Shown: positions 1 to 7,875, numbered from the stretch's first letter. The stretch is 16,264 nucleotides of DNA from an uncultured archaeon (GCA_964534625.1 CAZHRF010000026.1:27041-43304), one strand, 5' to 3'. A program made the numbers and translations. Notes: a model not told the origin generated them from the sequence alone.

Positions 1-36
1 CAAGAACAAGAACAAGAACGAGAACAAGAACGAGAA
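1..36 (+). repeat. Hexamer tandem repeat (CAAGAA/CGAGAA)x6, coding QE/RE
   Basis: caagaa caagaa caagaa cgagaa caagaa cgagaa read directly; probably continues left of the window. Confidence 0.85.
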
Positions 37-99
37 GGAGATCTTCCCGACTTGATTGCACAGATCATATTTTCAGTTGAACAAACAGGAGATACATAG
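1..99 (+). CDS. 3' end of an upstream gene (truncated by window edge), low-complexity QE/RE tract
   Basis: Frame 1 reads QEQEQEREQEREGDLPDLIAQIIFSVEQTGDT then TAG at 97-99, directly abutting the ATG at 100; AGGAG at 87-91 could act as RBS for the next gene. Confidence 0.7.
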   Translation, partial: QEQEQEREQEREGDLPDLIAQIIFSVEQTGDT

Positions 100-1794
100 A
101 TGTCCTTACCAACTTTTGTTACTGAAAGAAATTTAAATGAGAAAGAAGCAAAATTCAAAATGGGGCTGATTTTCCCTGATACCTATGCTTCAGCTATGAG
201 TGGTACAACAGTATCTACTCTTTATTCTATTATTAACAACACAAAGAATTGGCATTGTGAACGCTTTGTATTACCGACTATACCTACTAATACTCCATTA
301 AGTATATCTCACAACCATTCTCTTTTAGATATGGATTTATTGGGATTTTCAGCGCAATTTGAAAATTTTTATCTTACCTTTGCATGGATGTTAAAAAAAG
401 CGAACTATCCCCTAAGTAACACGACACGTAAAAAACTTCAAACTTATCCTCCTTTAATCGTTGGTGGTCCTATAATATGGGCTAATCCTTTTCCTCTTAT
501 GGAAATTGTTGATGGTTATATTCTAGGTGATGCTGAAAGAGCTCTTCCCCTATTGTTAGAACAATTTGGCGAGTTAGGAAAAGAGTCTCTGTGGCAACAT
601 CCTTCTTTCTTTCAAGATTTACCCGGTTTTTGGTCCCCCCATTTCTTAGAAAAAAAACAATTGGAACGGTTGATGGGAGCTTCTACTATAACATTTGGAG
701 ACATAGGGGGTTCATGGAAAGATAAGTTTGATTTTGTTAATTTAAATACTACGTTGTATCCCCTCGCACAAATTAAAACCAATTTACCTGCTAGCCATCC
801 TTATGCTCCAATGGCTAATGATTCTTTTCAGTTAGAACTAGGTCGTGGGTGTAATCACAAATGTTCATTCTGTATGATTTCTGAACTTCTTTCCCCAGCG
901 AGGTATAGATCAAAAGAAAAGTTGTTAGAAATTGTAGAGGAAGGAACCAAACGTACCAATACTTCTAAAGTGTCAATTTTTGGTACTAATATTTCTGATC
1001 ATCCTTCCTTAGTTGATCTATGTCAAGTTATTGTAAATAGTGGATATGAACTGTCTATTTCTTCATTACGTGCGGATAAAATCTCATCTGATCTTCTGTC
1101 TGTTCTAATTGAAGGAGGAATCAAAAATATCACAATAGCACCTGAAACCGGAGATGAAGAATTACGATTTGCGATAGGTAAGAGAATCTCTGATGATCAA
1201 ATCTACCAAGTTACAGATCTATTATTTTCTATGGGTATTCAAACTGTTAAGAATTTCTTTTTAATTGGTTTTCCTAATGAGACAAAAGAAAAAAGACAAA
1301 AAATCGTTGATATGGTTATCAAACAACAACAAACAGCTAAAAAATACTCATCCGAAAAAAAATATGTTCGAGCTGATGTAAATGTTGTTGCACCTAAATG
1401 GCAAACCCCTTTAAAGGACTGGCTTTTTTACTTTTTAAATGACAACAGACAAGATCTCAAACAAAGTATGAACAACATTTACACTCAATTAGATTTGTTG
1501 CATAACGTCTACCCAAGAAAAATTCTCTTCCAACATGCTCTTTCTCAAACTTGGCTAGGTCATTTCGAACAGTCAATCTTATTTATATTAAATAATCTAT
1601 CAGCTGCTTCGCACATTGAATTAAGTAAGTTTGGATCTTTTTACTTAAATCAGTATGCTAAAATCTTAGATGAGAACATAATCCAACATTGGAATTCTTT
1701 TAAAGAAAGTGGATATCAGATAAGACATAAAATCAAAGCAACTAACATACCAGACAATAAGTTTACAAAAAAATTCCAGGAATTACATAAATAA
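100..1794 (+). CDS. Radical SAM protein with N-terminal B12-binding-like domain (COG1032 / TIGR03960-like)
   Basis: CxxxCxxC motif RGCNHKCSFC; N-terminal LIFPDTYASAMS...ERFVLP and IVGGP...NPFP...GDAE motifs; SSLRAD and TIAPETG core motifs. Confidence 0.88.
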   Translation: MSLPTFVTERNLNEKEAKFKMGLIFPDTYASAMSGTTVSTLYSIINNTKNWHCERFVLPTIPTNTPLSISHNHSLLDMDLLGFSAQFENFYLTFAWMLKKANYPLSNTTRKKLQTYPPLIVGGPIIWANPFPLMEIVDGYILGDAERALPLLLEQFGELGKESLWQHPSFFQDLPGFWSPHFLEKKQLERLMGASTITFGDIGGSWKDKFDFVNLNTTLYPLAQIKTNLPASHPYAPMANDSFQLELGRGCNHKCSFCMISELLSPARYRSKEKLLEIVEEGTKRTNTSKVSIFGTNISDHPSLVDLCQVIVNSGYELSISSLRADKISSDLLSVLIEGGIKNITIAPETGDEELRFAIGKRISDDQIYQVTDLLFSMGIQTVKNFFLIGFPNETKEKRQKIVDMVIKQQQTAKKYSSEKKYVRADVNVVAPKWQTPLKDWLFYFLNDNRQDLKQSMNNIYTQLDLLHNVYPRKILFQHALSQTWLGHFEQSILFILNNLSAASHIELSKFGSFYLNQYAKILDENIIQHWNSFKESGYQIRHKIKATNIPDNKFTKKFQELHK

Positions 1795-1855
1795 TGATAA
1801 AAACAGCATATGGCGATCTTCGCGTATATGACACTATAGATGTTGTTTTATTATT
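1793..1855. terminator. Inverted-repeat/hairpin region between convergent genes (possible bidirectional terminator)
   Basis: Hairpin catat-g-gcga/tct/tcgc-gt-atatg at 1807-1830; alternative imperfect IR 1793-1809 vs 1840-1855; three in-frame stops TAA TGA TAA at 1792-1800. Confidence 0.35.
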
Positions 1856-4095
1856 GAAAATAGATGTTCTTTTCTCGTTTGATCAATTTCTTCTCCAGTT
1901 TCTTGGCTAAATTTCAGGCTCTTCAGTAATCCTTGGTCAGTTGTTATTTGTTCTACTACCGTTTCTATTTTTTGGATCGCTTTATATGATTGCCCTTCGA
2001 ATACATAACAGAAAGCGAGCTTATCTTTTTGTTTGAATATCATCGTAAAATCTTTATGTTTTATTCTCTCTATCCATCCCGAACTAGAAAGTACTTGGCT
2101 GAACATATTGTTGATGGCTGATATTAACCCCCCTATTAGTATGTCATCTTGTAACTGTTCATTAAAAATTGATGAGTAAAGGGTTATACCGTTTTCTGCA
2201 ATAATCAAAAAAATTACTGGTTGTTCATTTTCTAATACATCAATGTTAAATGTCCCCATACGGGTAATTTTTGTGGCTAAATCTTCTAATCCCAACAATT
2301 CTGTTAGCTCTCTTATTGTCGCCCCTCGTTTAACCATCTTTTCCCATTCTGTAATATTATCCAAAAATTTGTCATATTCATATGAGAGTTCCATTTGTAT
2401 GCCTTTTAATCCCCACTCTTGGGCAATCATTTCTGCTTTGTTTATTCGCTCTTTGAATTGATTTATATCCAACTTTAACAAAGAAATTTGGGCTTCTAAC
2501 CAATAGCCTTCTGCAAGTAGTGAATAAGAATTTTGTTCTATTGCAATGTTTCTTAACCTTTTGATATATGTTTCTAGTTCTGTAATTATTTCTTCTTCTT
2601 GAATTTGCTTCAATTCCTCAAGTAGCATGTCACAGAGGTTCAATAGGGCTAATACTGTCACCTCATGATTAAGTATCTCTGCTTCCACAATATCTTTGAA
2701 GTATTTATGTGCTAAACCTATATGCATAAAGCGTTTACTTTTTTTCCAGTAAAGAGCTTCACATACCTTCAGCATTTGGTCTACACTTTTATTGTCTTTA
2801 TCTTCTGTTAAGATTTTAAACTGTTCAAGGAAATATAAAGCATTATGTTTATCTTCCAGTAATAAATAAGTCCTTATTAACAAGAAATACGAATGTGCTA
2901 GGCTAATATAATTTTCTCCTTCTCTACTTATCTCTAAACTTTGTTTTAGCAACACTATAGCTTCATCATATATACCTGCTTGCAGATTGACATCAGCTAT
3001 ATTTATCAATGTATCAGCAAGATCTTGTTTATTATCTATTTCTTCATAGATCGCTTTACACTTGTTTAAGACATCTAAAGCTTTGTTTAATTCTCCTTTT
3101 TGCTTGTATACATTTCCCATGTTAAATAACGCAGGTCCTTTATCCATTTCATTGCCCAATTGTTCATATAATTCCAATGCTTTTTTTAGATATTCAAGGG
3201 AATCATTTAATTTGCCTTGTTTATCATAAATAGTCCCCATATTATTATATATTTTAGCCACAACATCAGGATTATCTATTTCTTTATAGATTTCCATGCT
3301 CTCTTGGAGTTTTTCTAAGGCTTCATCTAATTCTCCTTTTGATTGCAAAATAACAGCTAAATTGTTTAATGACGAGGCTATATCGTTTTTATCTCCCAAT
3401 TCACGTCGTATGCTTAAACTTTCCATAAAGCACTCATAGGTTTTATCTAAATCACTTTTAAAGTAATAGGCAATACCCAGGTTATTGTAAACATTGGAAA
3501 GCTCGGATAACCCATCTAAGGTTTTTTGTATTTCCAATGCTTTTTTGAAAGAGCTTATTGCGTCATTGTACTCTCCCACCATCCTATATGCCAAGCCCAA
3601 GTTGTTATAATTACCACACAGTCGCTCTTTTTTGTGTAATTTTTGATTCAGTTCAATTGCTTGTTTATATACTTCTATACTTTTCTTATAATTTCTATCA
3701 TTGAAGTGATATAATCCACTTAAACCAACAAATACTGCTTTTTTGTCTTGTTTGTATTCTTCATCCTTAGGACATTTTTCTTCTACATATATTTGTGCTT
3801 CTTCTATTAGTTTTTCCACTTCCTCTAATGCTTTTGTTTCTATTAGTGCCATTATTTTTATGCTGTAATATACTATGCGATCTTCTGATGACAGAAGATC
3901 TATTTTGTCTTCTATTTTTTCTATTACCTTTAGACTCTTCTTATACTCTTTTAAATCATTTAACAAATCTGCTTTTTGTACAAGCAATTGTGAATATTCT
4001 GTCTTCCCCAGCTCCCCTTTTTCTAACTTACTTTCTATATATTCGAGTGCTTTTCTATACTCCTTTTTTTCTCGGTAAGCTTTAATTTTTTCCAT
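1834..4095 (-). CDS. TPR-repeat protein (40-aa repeats) with C-terminal longin/roadblock-like domain
   Basis: Six regular 40-aa repeats starting YNNLG/YNNLG/LNNLA/YNNMG/LFNMG/LINIA; C-terminal alpha/beta domain PVIFLIIAENGITLYS...LIGGLISAIN...IERIKHKDFTMIF...AFCYVF; SD-like GAGGTCA 5 nt upstream of ATG. Confidence 0.88.
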   Translation of the reverse strand: MEKIKAYREKKEYRKALEYIESKLEKGELGKTEYSQLLVQKADLLNDLKEYKKSLKVIEKIEDKIDLLSSEDRIVYYSIKIMALIETKALEEVEKLIEEAQIYVEEKCPKDEEYKQDKKAVFVGLSGLYHFNDRNYKKSIEVYKQAIELNQKLHKKERLCGNYNNLGLAYRMVGEYNDAISSFKKALEIQKTLDGLSELSNVYNNLGIAYYFKSDLDKTYECFMESLSIRRELGDKNDIASSLNNLAVILQSKGELDEALEKLQESMEIYKEIDNPDVVAKIYNNMGTIYDKQGKLNDSLEYLKKALELYEQLGNEMDKGPALFNMGNVYKQKGELNKALDVLNKCKAIYEEIDNKQDLADTLINIADVNLQAGIYDEAIVLLKQSLEISREGENYISLAHSYFLLIRTYLLLEDKHNALYFLEQFKILTEDKDNKSVDQMLKVCEALYWKKSKRFMHIGLAHKYFKDIVEAEILNHEVTVLALLNLCDMLLEELKQIQEEEIITELETYIKRLRNIAIEQNSYSLLAEGYWLEAQISLLKLDINQFKERINKAEMIAQEWGLKGIQMELSYEYDKFLDNITEWEKMVKRGATIRELTELLGLEDLATKITRMGTFNIDVLENEQPVIFLIIAENGITLYSSIFNEQLQDDILIGGLISAINNMFSQVLSSSGWIERIKHKDFTMIFKQKDKLAFCYVFEGQSYKAIQKIETVVEQITTDQGLLKSLKFSQETGEEIDQTRKEHLFSIIKQHL

Positions 4096-4121
4096 TAATT
4101 TGACCTCAAATATGTGTTAAC

Positions 4122-4241
4122 TAAACAAAGCACATTTTATTTATGCTAAATCATCTGTGCAAATATACACTATTTTAACATAGTTTTGTTAACTATTAAC
4201 CTTTCTTGTCTTATTAAACTATATTATTGAGGAAACTATTA
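4122..4241. repeat. Imperfect direct repeat, copy 1 (~118 bp)
   Basis: TAAACAAAGCACATT (4122-4136) equals 6083-6097; 39-bp identical core 4183-4221 equals 6143-6181; ATTGAGGAAACT follows in both copies. Confidence 0.93.
4190..4206 (-). promoter_or_regulatory. Putative archaeal BRE-TATA promoter of the TPR gene (inside repeat core)
   Basis: Minus strand reads AGAAAGGTTAATAGTTA: purine-rich BRE-like element then TTAATA box, ~100 bp upstream of the ATG at 4095, which has an SD-like motif consistent with a leadered mRNA. Confidence 0.45.
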
Positions 4242-4296
4242 GTAACTAAGGAAAAAAACTTACCAATTAATATCATACATCATCTAGTGGGTATAG

Positions 4297-4356
4297 AACA
4301 AAACAAAACAAGACAAGACAAAACAAGACAAAACAAGACAAGACAAGACAAGACAA
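4297..4356. repeat. Pentanucleotide microsatellite (ACAAA/ACAAG) x ~12
   Basis: aacaaaacaaaacaagacaagacaaaacaagacaaaacaagacaagacaagacaagacaa read directly. Confidence 0.95.
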
Positions 4357-4544
4357 TAAGGGCTTGAGGGAATTTTTGCATAGGTGAGTTCCTTCACATT
4401 ATTTTCATTATTCTCTGAATCATACGTTTTCTTTAGTCATTTACAAACAAGAAGATGATATTAATCACGTGAGAATACAAAATCAACCCATATACGTCCT
4501 CATCGACCTCTTATTGTCCCACAGCTGCTGTCTACAAAAATAAT

Positions 4545-4560
4545 CGCAATTAATATATAC
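4545..4560 (+). promoter_or_regulatory. Putative BRE-TATA promoter for a leaderless ATPase transcript
   Basis: CGCAATTAATATATAC lies ~25-35 nt upstream of ATG 4583; no SD motif before the ATG. Confidence 0.4.
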
Positions 4561-4582
4561 TCTACACAATTACTTTTAATGT

Positions 4583-5587
4583 ATGATAGAAAAAGTAAGG
4601 ATTGAGAACTTCAAATCATTAAAGAATATTGATATGAATTGTTCTAAAATCAATATTATTATTGGAAAACCAAATACTGGCAAGTCCAACATTTTAGAGG
4701 CTTTAGGTGTTTTTACATCACTAAAATATCACGATCACTTTACAACTGATCATAAACCTTTTAGCAATGATATCATTCGCCACGAAAGTATAATGAACCT
4801 TTTCTATGATAATGATACTGAATCTGTAATAAGGATCGTCCTTGATGATATAGAGCTCCTACTGAGGAGTATGGAAGACAAATATGATTTGCTCATCAAA
4901 GACAATAAAAATGATCATAGTACTTTTTCTAGCTCGTTTAGTCAGAATGATAGCATTATCTCTTACAGAACTTCACTAGATTTTCGATCTAAAGAATATC
5001 CTTCTGTTAAATTTTACAGATATACTTACTTACCCAAATATGATAGTTCAAAATTTGATTATCTTTATCCACCTATAGGAAAGAACTTATCTACTCTCAT
5101 CAAGAGCAATAATAAAATTAAAAAGTTGATTCTTGACCTATTAGAACCATTTGGATACAAACTCTATATTAGGCCAACTCAGAAAAAAATCGAACTTGCT
5201 AAAGAAGAAAAAGGTATTTTAACAGGTTTTCCTTTATCCCTAACAGCTGAAACCATTCAACGATTAATTTTTCTTCTCTGTATTGTCTATTCCAATCAAG
5301 ATTCAACTATTGTAATTGAAGAACCTGAAACGCATCTTTTCCCCTATTATACTAAATATATTGCTGAACTTATCGCTAAAGATTCAACTAACCAATACTT
5401 TCTTTCCACTCATAATCCTTATTTTCTCACCTCTTTAATTGAAAAAACCTCAAAGAATGCATTAAGTGTTTTTGTTACTGATTTTGCAAATTATCAAACA
5501 ATTGTAAAGAAATTAAGTGAAGAAGATATTGGATCATTACTTGAGGAAGATCCATTTTTTAACATTGAGAAACACCTGAGTGATTAA
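4583..5587 (+). CDS. ABC-type ATPase of the AAA_15/AAA_21 (OLD/AbiEii-like) group
   Basis: N-terminal IEKVRIENFKSL; Walker A GKPNTGKS; Walker B/D-loop IVIEEPETHLFP; H-loop LSTHNPY; degenerate signature LSLTAET. Confidence 0.9.
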   Translation: MIEKVRIENFKSLKNIDMNCSKINIIIGKPNTGKSNILEALGVFTSLKYHDHFTTDHKPFSNDIIRHESIMNLFYDNDTESVIRIVLDDIELLLRSMEDKYDLLIKDNKNDHSTFSSSFSQNDSIISYRTSLDFRSKEYPSVKFYRYTYLPKYDSSKFDYLYPPIGKNLSTLIKSNNKIKKLILDLLEPFGYKLYIRPTQKKIELAKEEKGILTGFPLSLTAETIQRLIFLLCIVYSNQDSTIVIEEPETHLFPYYTKYIAELIAKDSTNQYFLSTHNPYFLTSLIEKTSKNALSVFVTDFANYQTIVKKLSEEDIGSLLEEDPFFNIEKHLSD

Positions 5588-6085
5588 ATGATTTTAGTTG
5601 AATGTAAACCCGATGAAATACTAGTAAGGAGCCCTTTTCCTAATATTTCAAACAAAGTGATTTCTCATTGTAAGAATAAAACCGAGATAATAAAGCGATT
5701 AGTTAAAAGTGAAAGGGGTAAGAGGTCTCTTGGTTTGATAGATCAAGATCCTGATTCACGCCCTCCCGGGTATTTCTCTCTTTTTCAAGAGATTAACAGA
5801 TTAAATTACGAAAACTTAATAATATTGCAAGCAGACAATGGTTCTACTCTTATTCAATTAGAACCAAGATTGGAAGAATGGATAATTAGACTATCACAAA
5901 TCGAAAAAATTGATTTGAGTAAATACAATTTAAGTTCTGATCCCAATACATTTCATCGACATGTTAATGCTAATCTTACAAAATTTTCAAAACTGATAGA
6001 TGATTTAATATCACAGAACAAAATAATGACTAGTCTTAAAATTGAAATAGAAAAGATTCTTACCTCTTTAAATGGAGAAGATTAA
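5588..6085 (+). CDS. Small TOPRIM-like protein partnering the ATPase (putative nuclease)
   Basis: N-terminal ILVECKPD (TOPRIM E..D pattern), central GLIDQDPD (DxD), downstream LEEW; start codon directly follows the ATPase stop (TAA ATG). Confidence 0.65.
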   Translation: MILVECKPDEILVRSPFPNISNKVISHCKNKTEIIKRLVKSERGKRSLGLIDQDPDSRPPGYFSLFQEINRLNYENLIILQADNGSTLIQLEPRLEEWIIRLSQIEKIDLSKYNLSSDPNTFHRHVNANLTKFSKLIDDLISQNKIMTSLKIEIEKILTSLNGED

Positions 6086-6197
6086 ACAAAGCACATTACA
6101 CTTTATGTACATCATCTGCGCATCTAACCCTATTATATCATGGTTTTGTTAACTATTAACCTTTCTTGTCTTATTAAACTAATTGAGGAAACTGTTA
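6083..6197. repeat. Imperfect direct repeat, copy 2
   Basis: Begins exactly at the TAA stop of 5588-6085; core offset 1960 bp from copy 1. Confidence 0.93.
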
Positions 6198-6236
6198 TAG
6201 AAACATCAAAGAAGTATTGAAATTCCTCTACTCCAT

Positions 6237-6554
6237 TCACCTATTTAAATATTTTATTGACCTCTGCAATTCATTATCGAAGTCATTCTTATCTTGTTTT
6301 GGAGCTCGTATATGTTCTTTTTGTAGATATTCCATCATCTTATAAACAGAAACATTAGCTCCTGAAGCTGCTTCTTGAAGTGAGACTATTCCCTTGCGAT
6401 ATAGTTCGGCGAACTCCTGTATTTTATACTCTTCTAATTGTTGAAGTAAGAATTTTTTCACTAAAATTTCTCGATCTAATTTTTCTTTTTCTGCTATTTC
6501 ATCTAGCAACCTAAGTTCATCTTCTGACAATTTAGTATTAATTGTTTTAGTCAT
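6237..6554 (-). CDS. UPF0175-family antitoxin (RHH-like N-terminus + HTH)
   Basis: Likely start MTKTINTKLSE at 6554 (ATGACTAA overlap with the toxin stop, GAGGAAGG upstream); ELYRKGIVSLQEAASGANVSVYKM matches the UPF0175 pattern. Confidence 0.8.
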   Translation of the reverse strand: MTKTINTKLSEDELRLLDEIAEKEKLDREILVKKFLLQQLEEYKIQEFAELYRKGIVSLQEAASGANVSVYKMMEYLQKEHIRAPKQDKNDFDNELQRSIKYLNR

Positions 6555-7065
6555 ATTTATTACCTTCCTCGTGGATAATTTCATGGAAATAGGATATTCT
6601 TTCTGGGTTAATAGCATGTACATTTTCTAGCTTCTTTAAAATCTTGAAAAAAGTCTTTTGATTAATTCTACCTTGCATCAACAGATGATAATATATTATA
6701 TCTAACTGACTATGAGGTACATCATATGTCTTAAATTTCGTTATTGCCCTTTTATCTGAACTGATACAAATCCTATCCTCTTTCTGTTTAGATACTAAAA
6801 TAGCACAACTTGTTTCACCTGGATCTCTATATTTATACAATGTGTTTGAAATATCTACTGGGACAATAGCTATTTGTCTTTTTTCAATAAATTCTTGAGC
6901 TATTAATGCATCCGGATAATTGTGTTTCAATCCTCTTTCTACGACCTCCTCGTAAACACTAGTATCAATGAGTAAAGAATTGTTTTTTGTTAACTTGAAA
7001 AAATCGTCGTGTAGGTTTGCCTTAACTAAATAGATTAGAGTGTTAGCATCAAGGATTAATTCCAT
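6547..7065 (-). CDS. PIN-domain (VapC/DUF3368-like) ribonuclease toxin
   Basis: Likely start MELILDANTLI at 7065; PIN acidic residues in LDAN, VYEEV, DPGE, SSDKRA; TTTTATTAA box ~25-30 nt upstream. Confidence 0.82.
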   Translation of the reverse strand: MELILDANTLIYLVKANLHDDFFKLTKNNSLLIDTSVYEEVVERGLKHNYPDALIAQEFIEKRQIAIVPVDISNTLYKYRDPGETSCAILVSKQKEDRICISSDKRAITKFKTYDVPHSQLDIIYYHLLMQGRINQKTFFKILKKLENVHAINPERISYFHEIIHEEGNKYD

Positions 7066-7252
7066 CAATTGTACTATATGTACTGAAATTAATAAAAATA
7101 TTGATTTAGTATCACAACATATTTGATATAAAAATGTGCGAAATCGAATCAAATTTCACTAACTTGGCTATGATCCACGAATGAACCAGAGGCATACAAG
7201 AGAGCGCTATTTCGAAAGCAGATTTTTCTTGATCCATTGGAATCTATAGTTA

Positions 7253-7875
7253 TTATAAGGAGTTTATATGAAATTTTATATCAATCAAGATGCCACCTTG
7301 AGGAACTTGTATCTGTGCTCCACAGCAGGCACATTCCTCCACAAACCGATGGTTGACTCTATCTGGTGTTTCCGGTCCAAAAAGCCCCACTTTTCCCTTT
7401 TTTACTCCCCTCCTCGCTTTTTCTTTCTCTTTTTCTTCTTCTCTTGTGAATTTGTTCCTTTCTCCTTTTTCTTATAGAGTGTTTTCGACAAAGGGTGGTA
7501 CGGTGATTCGTAAAACTTGAGTTTTGCTTGTAACTGCTTGTTTTCTTTCCATAACCGTCTGTTTTCTTCTTGTAGCTGGTTAGTCTTTTCCTCTAATTGG
7601 TTAGTCGTCTCTCGTAGGAGTTGGTTTTCTTCCTGTAATAGATCAGTTTTTTCACATAAGAGCCGGTTTTCTTCTTGTAATTCCTTAAAACATTTTTTGT
7701 AGGCTGCTACTGTCCTTTCATGCTCCTCTGCTAGTTGTTAAATCTTTTGTTCTAACTTCCGGAGTTTACCTTTCATTTCGTATGCATTCCTACGTGAACT
7801 ACTATGTTCTTTCTCCCCCATAAATGTATGTGCTACGCTTCTGCCCTCTTCCTATAGTGTTTCCGTTTCGTTCAT
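7253..7875 (-). pseudogene. IS66-family transposase N-terminal fragment, disrupted
   Basis: Manual translation: MNETETL*EEGRSVAHTFMGEKEHSSSRRNAYEMKGKLRKLEQKI*QLAEEH..., coiled coil (LQEENRL...), KLKFYESPYHPLSKTLY, KKRKKRGG, frameshift near 7405, then KKGKVG...PDRVNHRFVEECACCGA. Coiled coil + basic GG linker + PD..H..CxxCG is the IS66 TnpC layout; no DDE domain follows. Confidence 0.78.
7530..7681 (-). repeat. Degenerate 21-bp (heptad) repeats in the transposase coiled coil
   Basis: ttacaagaagaaaaccggctc / ttacaggaagaaaaccaactc / ctacaagaagaaaacagacgg / ttatggaaagaaaacaagcag; peptide LQEENRL LCEKTDL LQEENQL LRETTNQ LEEKTNQ LQEENRR LWKENKQ. Confidence 0.75.

Noticed and set aside
2243-2461. 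Plus-strand 72-aa ORF
   Set aside because: Antisense shadow inside the TPR gene; no recognisable motifs. The same applies to 3795-4085, 3875-4078, 9696-9965, 10388-10585, 10672-10854 and 11575-11787.
4124-4151. Xer dif-like site (TTATGCTAAAT at 4141-4151 matches the E. coli XerD arm 10/11)
   Set aside because: No properly spaced partner arm, and the match decays to TTATGTACATC in repeat copy 2; likely chance in AT-rich DNA.
6083-6153. Integron attC interpretation of the direct repeats (starts at a stop codon, weak internal dyad)
   Set aside because: No clean RYYYAAC/GTTRRRY boxes, the strongest conservation lies beyond the would-be crossover point, only two copies, and no integrase in the window.
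6555-7152. Longer N-termini given by the ORF track for the antitoxin (6623) and toxin (7152)
   Set aside because: Domain boundaries, the ATGACTAA overlap and promoter position favour starts at 6554 and 7065.
7268-7702. Plus-strand ORFs 7268-7477 and 7517-7702
   Set aside because: F/S-rich antisense shadows of the K/E-rich transposase pseudogene.
7738-7854. In-frame stops in the transposase as recoding (Sec/Pyl) sites
   Set aside because: One stop is TAA, and there is also a frameshift and truncation; simple decay explains it.
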